Below are positions 31,719 to 40,312 of a stretch of 64,000 nt of DNA, one piece after another. Each line of letters begins with the position of its first letter. The first letter of the stretch is position 1. Origin of the DNA: an uncultured Candidatus Saccharibacteria bacterium (GTDB lineage Bacteria > Patescibacteriota > Minisyncoccia > Phycocordibacterales > UBA1006); contig CAZDPR010000002.1 in assembly GCA_964507625.1 (NCBI GenBank), positions 368-64,367 on the forward strand, read 5' to 3'. Below the pieces are notes generated by a model, which searched no databases, was not told where the DNA came from, and saw nothing but the letters and a program-made list of their open reading frames with translations. A program made the translations under genes and the position numbers.

Positions 31719-32408
31719 ATGAAAGCATTTTTTTTATTCTTGGACACGTATTCTGTAAACATCTTTGACGGAGTAAAAACCAGAGATGGTCACAAGGGCC
31801 GCTATATTCAGTTGCCGGAAATTACTGGTGTCCCTGTGAACAAGTTCCGGGTTCCATTGGATTTCAAAAATCCAGCCAAAGTAGATGGAAAAGGACGGAT
31901 TCATAATCTTTTCCTGAAAATCTACGGCGGGCAGCGCTTCAGGGACGCTGGGTTTGTTACTGCATGCGCACCGTCGAAAGACAATGGTGCCATTGTGGTA
32001 ATAACCAGCAAACGCTGGACCGAGCTTGGTTTGGAAATTGTTACCGGGAGACCAAACGGAGAATTCCCCGGAGTTCAGATTCTGAACGAAGGAGATACCT
32101 TAAGGTTCACTCACTCTGACATTGCCTACCAACTGACCAACAGTGGGGGTGAGCCGTGGCTGACTAAGGCACCCAGACCGAAGGCTGCGCCTGCTGCGAA
32201 GCAAGCAAAGCCTGAGAAACCGGTAGCGAGAGTTGATCACCGCCAAAAGGTCGAAGGACCGAAGGTGGTTGACAAAATCAACCTGCCGGAAAAAAAGGCT
32301 AAACCCCCGGTAACCCAAACTGAAAAGTTTGATAAAAAAAACGGAGGTTATACCCTAAAAGAAGTCCTCGAGGCTTCTGGGGTTAATCTCCCTGCTGAGG
32401 AAAAATAG
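31719..32408 (+). CDS. hypothetical protein with Lys/Pro/Ala-rich C-terminus, visibly more GC-rich than neighbours
   Basis: 229-aa ORF with TTGACA-17-TAACAT promoter (31572-31600) and a terminator after the stop. Confidence 0.7.
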   Translation: MKAFFLFLDTYSVNIFDGVKTRDGHKGRYIQLPEITGVPVNKFRVPLDFKNPAKVDGKGRIHNLFLKIYGGQRFRDAGFVTACAPSKDNGAIVVITSKRWTELGLEIVTGRPNGEFPGVQILNEGDTLRFTHSDIAYQLTNSGGEPWLTKAPRPKAAPAAKQAKPEKPVARVDHRQKVEGPKVVDKINLPEKKAKPPVTQTEKFDKKNGGYTLKEVLEASGVNLPAEEK

Positions 32409-32502
32409 CCGAATACCCCCCTCGTCGTGATGACGCGGGGGATTTTTTATTTCCAAATTATTCACTAACAAAAAAACCCAAGGTATATCCCTGGGTTTTG
32501 TT

Positions 32503-34311
32503 TCATTTATACCCTTCTGCTTGTAACTTGAAGAGTTCTGCATATTTACCATTTTTCTCCATCAATTCATCATGACTCCCCTCTTCAATAATTTGTCCAT
32601 GCTCGATGAGAATAATTTTATCAGCACTTCGCACATTACTGAATTTATGTGAAATAATAATCCGTGTTTTTTCTTGATAATAATCTCGCAAGTTTTTGAA
32701 AATGGTATCTTCTGATAACGCATCTATTGCAGCGGTTGGTTCGTCTAAAATCATAAGTGGTGCATTACGATAAAAAACTCGAGCTAATGCTAATTTTTGT
32801 TTTTGCCCTTTTGATAGTTCTACGCCACCACGAAACTCAGTTCCAATTTTTTGTTCATATTTTTCTGGCAATTCCTGAATAAAAATATCTGCAGTGGAAT
32901 GCCTTGCTGATTGTCGTGCAATTTCGATATCATGTCTATGGGTATCACCCAGCATAATATTTTCTGCAATCGTTTCTTCCTCATAAACAAAATAATCTTG
33001 GAAAAGAATACCCATACAACGTTTCCATGATTTGAGGTCATATTTTTTTAAATCAATACCATTTAATAAAATCTTACCTTTTGTTGGATCATACACACGA
33101 ATGAGTAATTTTAGAAAAGTCGTTTTCCCGGCACCATTCAATCCAACAATTGCGAGATTTTCACCTTTCATAATTGTAAGTGAAAAATTTTTAATAATTA
33201 TTTTTTCTGGTTGTGATGGATAGAAAAATGATACATTCTTAAACTCAAGAGAATAAAAATCTTCTGGCTGAATAGTTTTTTTACCAGAAACAATCAATGG
33301 CTCCATTTCAATAAGATCAAGTAAGGTATCGATATTTTTCTTGTATTCTGCCATTTTCCCAAAATTTGAAAATAATTGGTTTAATGAACTTTGAAATTGT
33401 GATACTAAACCAAAAGTGAATACTAATGAACCAACAGCAAAAACTCCTAAAGTAACATTTTGTATTAAAATAAAAAAAGCAACTGCATAAGAAACCATTA
33501 AAATAATTTCTGAAGAAATAGTTAGTAATGCCTTTGTTTGGTAGCTTCGTTTTAAAATAAGATGCAAACTGGTAATAATTTCTAAAAATTTTCTCTGAAA
33601 AATTTTTACCAATGAAAAATTTTTCAATTCAATAATCGGATTTTTATGACTAATTACTCCAGCTTTTACTCGCCACATTCTCCATTGTTCTGAATTATCT
33701 TTTTGAATTTTTGCTGTTATCAAGGCACTTTTTCGTTCTAAAAAATAAGTCGGAATCACTCCAAGAAAAATAATAAATGCAATAAAAGGTGCTATTGCAA
33801 ACAAAGCAATAAGTGCAATAACCACCCGAGTAACCATTCGTGTAGTATTAGAAAAAACTCCTAATAAACTGTAAAATGAATTCCAGGATCGATTATAAGC
33901 AATTTCACGAATATTTTGAAATTCAGGTTGTTCGATAGTTCCAATGTCTAGTTCATCTATTTTTTTAAAGAAAATAGATTGGAGATATCGAGAAATATCA
34001 TCAGTTTGAATATTCCAAACATAATTATGAATTGTATCAATAATACTTGGACCAAACTGAGTAATGATGAGTAATATAAATCCTTGTAATAAAACCGTAA
34101 AACGAGCACCCTCAATTCCATATAGAGCAAACTCGTTTACAATAATCCCAAAAGCACCGAATTGTGCGATTACAAAAATAGAACTTATAATCGCAGTTAT
34201 ATATCGTAATGCAGAATATTTCGGAGATGCCCTTAATGATTCTTTAAACGCAAAAAAGATTGTGGTCCATAAACCTCGTTCTTTTTCAATAATGTTGGGT
34301 AGTTTTGCCAT
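32503..34311 (-). CDS. ABC exporter, fused permease and ATPase
   Basis: GLNGAGKT, LSKGQKQ, ILDEPT, SH. Confidence 0.92.
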   Translation of the reverse strand: MAKLPNIIEKERGLWTTIFFAFKESLRASPKYSALRYITAIISSIFVIAQFGAFGIIVNEFALYGIEGARFTVLLQGFILLIITQFGPSIIDTIHNYVWNIQTDDISRYLQSIFFKKIDELDIGTIEQPEFQNIREIAYNRSWNSFYSLLGVFSNTTRMVTRVVIALIALFAIAPFIAFIIFLGVIPTYFLERKSALITAKIQKDNSEQWRMWRVKAGVISHKNPIIELKNFSLVKIFQRKFLEIITSLHLILKRSYQTKALLTISSEIILMVSYAVAFFILIQNVTLGVFAVGSLVFTFGLVSQFQSSLNQLFSNFGKMAEYKKNIDTLLDLIEMEPLIVSGKKTIQPEDFYSLEFKNVSFFYPSQPEKIIIKNFSLTIMKGENLAIVGLNGAGKTTFLKLLIRVYDPTKGKILLNGIDLKKYDLKSWKRCMGILFQDYFVYEEETIAENIMLGDTHRHDIEIARQSARHSTADIFIQELPEKYEQKIGTEFRGGVELSKGQKQKLALARVFYRNAPLMILDEPTAAIDALSEDTIFKNLRDYYQEKTRIIISHKFSNVRSADKIILIEHGQIIEEGSHDELMEKNGKYAELFKLQAEGYK

Positions 34312-34338
34312 AGAGATATAATACTTGTTATGTTTTAA

Positions 34339-36027
34339 TTAATCAATAAACAACCGCGCTAACTTAATCGCATCAAAACTGTCATCAAATCCTTGTTTAT
34401 CTAAATATCGTTTTATTGGCGTCAATTTCACTTCATGCACTGATTGATTTGATTCCCGCATTGCTTCAAACGCTTCACGAACTCGACTCAATAAATCTTT
34501 ATCAATTGACTGTGTTACCTGTGGAAATTTAAAAATTAGTTTTCCTTCATCTTTACATTTTTGTAAATGATCAATAATTGTCCCTATATTGAGATTGCGT
34601 TCTTTTTTTATTTCATAAAGCGTTTTACCTTCTTGGAGCAAATCAAAGGTAATTTCATGTGTTTTTCTGGTGATTACCGTATCTTTTACAATCTTCTTTT
34701 TTTTATGGAGTGACCCACCAGAATTGATTATGTATGCATCATGACGGTCTTGTAACTCTTTTTCAGAAAGTGCTTTTAATTTTTCTACAAATTGATCTGA
34801 ATAATCTCGTAATTTTTTATCAAGTGTCAAAATCCGTGGATCTACCATTAACGCAGATTCCTGAAAACCAATCAAATATAAGCCTTCTAAAGTCCGAACC
34901 CGAGAAAGTGCTACATACCCCATTCCATAAGCAAAAGTTTGCGATAAATCAATTACCGCAGCATCCAAACTCATTCCCTGACTTTTATGTACCGTAATTG
35001 CCCACGCATGTCGCAATGGTATTTGATTAATTGATGCGAGAATTTTTCCATCGTCTTCTACTGCCCACGTTTCTGGTTGTACAGTAATTTTATCTCCACT
35101 GGTTGTGGTTACTATAGGAAATCCATCATCAGAAAAATCAGTCACTCGTCCCCGAGTACCATTTACATACCCTAATTCAAAATTATTTTTAACAAACATT
35201 ACCTCAGCACCTATTTTCAGTGACAATTTTTCTGGGGCTAAGCAACTTTTTTTGAGTGTCATTACCAAATTCTCTTTCCCTTTACTGGTCATCGTATATA
35301 TTTCAGGTTCCTCATAAATATCATTTAATGCTTGTTCATTCAGTGCGTCTACTTTTTGATTGTGGGTAAATAATTTTGTGTAGTACTGAAAACTATCAAA
35401 ATCGTATTCACAAATACGCGATTCCAATAAATGAATATGATGTTTTTTAACTTCACCAGAACGAATCGCATTTAATACTTCAGTAAAATCTCCTGATTCC
35501 TGACGATGCTGTTCAGTCACATAACATACCACTAACGACATACTGTTCCAAGACTCTGAATCGATAACCATATCATTCCATCCCGTTTGAGTAATTGGTG
35601 GTAATTGAAATAAATCCCCACACAAAATAACCTGAATTCCTCCAAAGGGTTGTGTGTTTCTTTTCATTGCCTGACAGAGTCTATTTAACGAATCGAGAAA
35701 AGTACCCGAAAGCATAGAAATTTCATCAATCACCAATACTTTTACTTTTTGGTATCGATCCCAGAGATATTTTTTTTCTTGTAATTGATCGATGTCCCAT
35801 TCACTCAATTTTTCCTTGATTCCCATTCCGGACCATGCATGAATCGTCATTCCGCCAATATGTGTTGCCGCAATCCCAGTGGACGCAGTGACTGCAATAG
35901 AAACATCATGTTCCTGGAAATGCCGAATACATTGATTGAGTACGTATGTTTTCCCCGCGCCAGCACCACCGGTTAAAAATATGTTTTTACCCATTTTTAT
36001 AATAGCGACCGCCTCTGCTTGTGTCAT
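34339..36027 (-). CDS. PIF1-family helicase with C-terminal HTH
   Basis: TGGAGAGKT, IDEISM, GDLFQLPP, AITVHKSQG, YVALSR. Confidence 0.9.
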   Translation of the reverse strand: MTQAEAVAIIKMGKNIFLTGGAGAGKTYVLNQCIRHFQEHDVSIAVTASTGIAATHIGGMTIHAWSGMGIKEKLSEWDIDQLQEKKYLWDRYQKVKVLVIDEISMLSGTFLDSLNRLCQAMKRNTQPFGGIQVILCGDLFQLPPITQTGWNDMVIDSESWNSMSLVVCYVTEQHRQESGDFTEVLNAIRSGEVKKHHIHLLESRICEYDFDSFQYYTKLFTHNQKVDALNEQALNDIYEEPEIYTMTSKGKENLVMTLKKSCLAPEKLSLKIGAEVMFVKNNFELGYVNGTRGRVTDFSDDGFPIVTTTSGDKITVQPETWAVEDDGKILASINQIPLRHAWAITVHKSQGMSLDAAVIDLSQTFAYGMGYVALSRVRTLEGLYLIGFQESALMVDPRILTLDKKLRDYSDQFVEKLKALSEKELQDRHDAYIINSGGSLHKKKKIVKDTVITRKTHEITFDLLQEGKTLYEIKKERNLNIGTIIDHLQKCKDEGKLIFKFPQVTQSIDKDLLSRVREAFEAMRESNQSVHEVKLTPIKRYLDKQGFDDSFDAIKLARLFID

Positions 36028-36137
36028 ATGAGCATAGTGTATCATATCCATGAAAATAAGGCAGTTTATGATTATAAATAAAAAAGTACTTTATAAGTAC
36101 TTTTTTATTTATAATTTAAATGGCTTTAAAAAAGATT

Positions 36138-36467
36138 TTAATTATCACACGGTCTTATGTATTCCCAAACATCACCTTTTTTATTGTACCACCACAAATT
36201 ACAAGAATAGGACCATTCACCAGATGCACTAATGGTAGCTTTTGTAAACACCCTCCTAATTTCCCAACCCTTTCTTGCAGTAATTCCGTAATCAACTGGT
36301 TTGACTACCGTAGAAACAGATTGATCCTGACTTGTTGATACTGGTGACAATCCTTCAATATTAACTTCTTTAATCGAAGCCTGTTGATTGTTTACTGAAC
36401 CAAACATAATAACACCGATAATTACAATGATAGCTAAACCAATAAAAATCAAATATTTTTTATTCAT
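36138..36467 (-). CDS. small membrane-anchored or secreted hypothetical protein
   Basis: N-terminal TM helix, Cys pair near C-terminus. Confidence 0.6.
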   Translation of the reverse strand: MNKKYLIFIGLAIIVIIGVIMFGSVNNQQASIKEVNIEGLSPVSTSQDQSVSTVVKPVDYGITARKGWEIRRVFTKATISASGEWSYSCNLWWYNKKGDVWEYIRPCDN

Positions 36468-36599
36468 AAGAAAAAATAAATTAAATAATAATATTTTTTG
36501 AATATACCAATATTAGTATATCACTTTTTTGTTTTATACCAAATAAATATAACACTTCCTACTCTTGCAAATTATTAGAATATATAGTATTATAAAATT

Positions 36600-37472
36600 A
36601 TGAAATTATCCACTCCTCGAAAAAAAACTAAAAAAATGCAGGGCCCAACAAAGTTTATTAAAAACACCTCAAAACGAAAATTACCTAAAAACCAAGTACA
36701 CACCAATAGTAGAAAAACCTCAATACCAAAAATTACTAAGCAAGTAACCAAAAAAAAGACAATAAAAGTATTCCCTAGTACACTCCTGCAGGATCAGGAA
36801 CGACTCGAACGATATATAGCGCATCATAATATCGCATCACGAAGAGAAGCAAAAAAATTCATTAAGGGAGGACTAGTTTCTGTAAACGGAACTATTATCC
36901 GTGAACCAGGATTCGGTGTGAGCAGTACAGATAAAATAACCATTCACCACTCGGTACATTCAAATAAAGAAACTGTTTTACTCTACAAACCTCGTGGAAT
37001 TGAAACTGTAAAAACCGACCCGAAAAATATTGATATTCATGATCGATTTCCTGAATTCAAACACCTCAATCCTATAGGACGATTAGACAAAGATACTGAA
37101 GGGCTTATTTTACTTTCTAATGATGGTGTACTTGCAAAAATGTTTACCGGTGAAAATTCTTCTATCGAAAAAGAATATCAGGTAACTGTTCGCGAAGATG
37201 TTTTTCCGGTACTCCTCAAAAAAATGGAGGATGGGATTATTATTGATAAGATTCGCACTAAGCCATGTAGAACTAAAAAAATCAGTAGTCACGAATATAC
37301 CATTACGCTTACCGAAGGGCGTAAGCATCAGGTACGAAGAATGGCAAACGCTTGTAATCTTACTATTACTAAACTTGTCCGAATACGGATTAATGATTTT
37401 AAAATAGGAAAAATGACCGCTGGAAATTATAAAAGACTCACCCCTGATCAGATTGAAAAATTAAAAGATTAA
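36600..37472 (+). CDS. rRNA pseudouridine synthase (RsuA/RluB family) with basic N-terminal extension
   Basis: S4 domain, GRLDKDTEG, EGRKHQVRRM. Confidence 0.92.
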   Translation: MKLSTPRKKTKKMQGPTKFIKNTSKRKLPKNQVHTNSRKTSIPKITKQVTKKKTIKVFPSTLLQDQERLERYIAHHNIASRREAKKFIKGGLVSVNGTIIREPGFGVSSTDKITIHHSVHSNKETVLLYKPRGIETVKTDPKNIDIHDRFPEFKHLNPIGRLDKDTEGLILLSNDGVLAKMFTGENSSIEKEYQVTVREDVFPVLLKKMEDGIIIDKIRTKPCRTKKISSHEYTITLTEGRKHQVRRMANACNLTITKLVRIRINDFKIGKMTAGNYKRLTPDQIEKLKD

Positions 37473-37495
37473 ACCGCCTCATGGGCGGTTTTTTG

Positions 37496-37723
37496 TTATT
37501 TTTGACTTGTTGTATGCCAAAGATTGCAAAGGGGGCACTTGTAGGCTTTTTGTAACCTTTTTTGTTTGTCATTGTGATTTTTTCTTCTCTTTCGGGAAAA
37601 TTCACCTATTTTTCTATTAAATACCTTTACTTGCTTTAACCTGTTTACAACTGTCTGTGCTTCTTTTTTTGTTAGATAACTAATTTTAAAGCACGTTTTT
37701 TCTTTACACTCTACCATAACCAT
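37496..37723 (-). CDS. small basic protein with CxxCxxxH motif
   Basis: AYKCPLCNLWHTTS. Confidence 0.6.
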   Translation of the reverse strand: MVMVECKEKTCFKISYLTKKEAQTVVNRLKQVKVFNRKIGEFSRKRRKNHNDKQKRLQKAYKCPLCNLWHTTSQK

Positions 37724-37781
37724 ATTACAATTTTTTTATTTTCATTCTATCAAATTTTTATAAAAAAGTAAATAAAAAAAA

Positions 37782-37983
37782 TTATTTAGTTTTTAATCTT
37801 ACTTCTGTTACAAGTTGTTTTTCAGTGAGAAACATCGCTTCTCGTGCAACTTTTATAACAGGATCCATATCTCTCCATTCGCAATATGTTTCAAAAGATG
37901 GACTAACTCCTAAATGTTTACAATAATCTTCCCATTCTTTTCTGAGTTCTTCTTCTGTTAATTAATTGATTGGTTGGTTTCAT
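37782..37983 (-). pseudogene. small frameshifted ORF (about 65 aa if repaired)
   Basis: ATG at 37983; removing one TTAA at about 37958-37965 gives MKPTNQLTEEELRKEWEDYCKHLG...TK*. Confidence 0.45.
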
Positions 37984-38048
37984 TTTTTTGCTTTTGATAT
38001 AGTTTACTCGATTTTTTCTAAAAAGTAAAATACCCCTTCCAGGGTATT

Positions 38049-39002
38049 TTACAATCCAATTTTTTGTCGTACTAATTGTATTTTTGCAATTGCTTTTGAT
38101 CGAGCTTTTGCCGCACCTTGTTCGAGAATTTCTGCAACGATTTCTGGGTGTGATGCATAATATGCACGCCGTTCACGCATGGGTGCGAGAAAATCTAAAA
38201 TATCTGCGAGTAATGATTCTTTCAGATCTTTGTATTTACCTTTTTTCTCAGGATATAATTCTTGTAATTCTTGTTCTGGTCGGAACAATTTATGAATAGC
38301 ATACACATTTTCTGGTACATCACCGACTGAATCAGTTACGATACTCATCACGGCTTTTTTAATTTCTTCATCAGTTCCAAAGAGCGGAATAGTATTATTA
38401 TATGATTTTGACATTTTTTGCCCGTCAGTTCCCGGTACTATGGCAACATCCTTGATAATCATTTCCTGAGGTTCAATAAAAACACCTTCTCCGTATTGTC
38501 CATGGAATTTCCGAACGACTTCACGCGCAATTTCTACATGCTGTGCTTGATCTTGCCCTACAGGTACAACATCAGCATCATACATCACAATATCTGCTGC
38601 CATAAGTAACGGGTAATTAAATGTCCCAACAGAAATATCTTTATTTTTTGCTTCGGCATCTTTGAATGCATGCGCACGCATTAACTGTGGCATCGTAGTA
38701 ATACATGAAAAAATCCAAGCCAGCTCTGTAACTTGTGGGACGTCTTGTTGTCGCCAGAATGTTACTGATTTTGGATCAAGTCCAATACCTAACAAGTCAA
38801 GAATTAAATCTTGTTCCAGTTGTTGTAATTCTGCAGGGGTTTTTACTCCGCCAGTAAGTGCGTGGTAGGTAGGAATAAAAATATGCGTATCGTAATCATA
38901 CTGCAAATCTACCCATTGTTTTAAAGCTCCAAAATAATTCCCAATATGTGCTTTCCCTGTTGGTTTAATCCCTGAAAGGAGTACTTTTTTACCAGATTTC
39001 AT
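38049..39002 (-). CDS. trpS: tryptophan-tRNA ligase
   Basis: SGIKPTG, HIGN, VPVGQDQ, KMSKS. Confidence 0.97.
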   Translation of the reverse strand: MKSGKKVLLSGIKPTGKAHIGNYFGALKQWVDLQYDYDTHIFIPTYHALTGGVKTPAELQQLEQDLILDLLGIGLDPKSVTFWRQQDVPQVTELAWIFSCITTMPQLMRAHAFKDAEAKNKDISVGTFNYPLLMAADIVMYDADVVPVGQDQAQHVEIAREVVRKFHGQYGEGVFIEPQEMIIKDVAIVPGTDGQKMSKSYNNTIPLFGTDEEIKKAVMSIVTDSVGDVPENVYAIHKLFRPEQELQELYPEKKGKYKDLKESLLADILDFLAPMRERRAYYASHPEIVAEILEQGAAKARSKAIAKIQLVRQKIGL

Positions 39003-39068
39003 ATAGTTCTATAGTATCAGGTTATTAAACTTTTGTCATTAAATAAAAAAGAGCGGTTGCTCTGTTTT

Positions 39069-39830
39069 TTATTTCCTATCAGATCTTTGTCGCAGTACTT
39101 CATAACTCACAATTCCAGCGGTTACTGACGCGTTCAACGATTCAACATCATGTACCATTGGAATTTGTACTACCGTATCACAATGTTCCAATGTTTTTTG
39201 TCGAACACCCGAACCTTCATTCCCCACCACAATTGCTACATGAGTATCGAAATTATATTTCCATAATGGAATTGATTCTCGCCCAGTCTGGTCATGTGAC
39301 GATAATCCTACAATCCAAAAACGAGATTTTTTTAATAACTCTACGCACTGATTAATATTTCCAACCTGAATAATAGGAATTTTCCCAACAGTCCCAGCTG
39401 ATGTTTTAAACACTGCACTGGTTACCGGAGCTTGATTTAATTCTGCAACAATAATTGCATCAATTCCCATACCCGTAGCCGATCGAATCATGGCACCAAT
39501 ATTTGATACATCCAGAATATGATCCAAAATTAAAATAGTATGTAATTTTTCATCAGTAACCGTAGCCAGATAATCAGTGAGCGAATCATATTCAAATGGT
39601 TTTGAAAGTGCTAACACCCCTTGGTGACTGACATCGCCTACCCATGCCTTGATTTGTTTTTCACTAGCAGAACTGACCGGAATTCCTGCACGTTGCGCTA
39701 AAATACGTATTTCATCAAATCCTGCCTGTTTTCCTGTTTCCTTAATATAAATTCGTTTCAATGATTCCGGTCGAGTTCGTAACGTTTCGGCAATAGGATG
39801 CTTTCCGTAGATATAAAAGTCTTTTGTCAT
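39069..39830 (-). CDS. rlmB: 23S rRNA G2251 2'-O-methyltransferase (SPOUT)
   Basis: IYGKHP, HQGV, NIGAMIRS, GNEGSG, SLNAS. Confidence 0.9.
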   Translation of the reverse strand: MTKDFYIYGKHPIAETLRTRPESLKRIYIKETGKQAGFDEIRILAQRAGIPVSSASEKQIKAWVGDVSHQGVLALSKPFEYDSLTDYLATVTDEKLHTILILDHILDVSNIGAMIRSATGMGIDAIIVAELNQAPVTSAVFKTSAGTVGKIPIIQVGNINQCVELLKKSRFWIVGLSSHDQTGRESIPLWKYNFDTHVAIVVGNEGSGVRQKTLEHCDTVVQIPMVHDVESLNASVTAGIVSYEVLRQRSDRK

Positions 39831-39924
39831 AAAAAAACTATATCACAATTTTTATGTTTTGTACAGAAAACAGAACTACCTATGATATTCATTTTTTTAT
39901 AAAAATATGTATAATAACGATTAT

Positions 39925-39998
39925 TGCCAGATCGTCTAATGGTAGGACTTTGGTTTCTGGTACCAAGTATCTAGGTTCGAATCCTAGTCTGGCAGCCA
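39925..39998 (+). tRNA. tRNA-Gln(CTG)
   Basis: Acceptor TGCCAGA/TCTGGCA, anticodon arm TTGGT-TTCTGGT-ACCAA, GGTTCGAATCC, encoded CCA. Confidence 0.95.
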
Positions 39999-40062
39999 AC
40001 ATGAGCTAGCTCAAAGATAATTAGTTTGAAGACAGAAAACACTTTCTATTTCGAAGGTGCTT

Positions 40063-40098
40063 TTTGTTGTTTTATATTACAACAAACTATGATATAAT
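40063..40098 (+). promoter_or_regulatory. operator TTTGTTGT-N8-ACAACAAA and extended -10 of the XRE-mod-res operon
   Basis: Perfect 8-bp inverted repeat 40063-40086; TG-a-TATAAT ending at 40098; ATG at 40105. Confidence 0.6.
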
Positions 40099-40104
40099 CT
40101 TTTT

Positions 40105-40311
40105 ATGAAAGATGATGCCAAAAAGTTGGGAGAAAATCTCAAAAAACTTAGGGTTAAAAAAGATATTAGCCAAATAGAACTCGCTCGTATGTTGAGCGTT
40201 GATCGATCTTTTGTGAGTAATATCGAGAATGGAAAAAATAATCCAACTCTTTCAACCATTACTAGCTTAGCCAAAGTTTTGGACGTTTCGACTAATGAAC
40301 TTTTGAAATAA
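40105..40311 (+). CDS. XRE-family HTH regulator (controller protein-like)
   Basis: LKKLR...SQIELA...DRSFVSNIENGKNNPTL; directly upstream of mod. Confidence 0.9.
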   Translation: MKDDAKKLGENLKKLRVKKDISQIELARMLSVDRSFVSNIENGKNNPTLSTITSLAKVLDVSTNELLK

Positions 40312-40312
40312 T

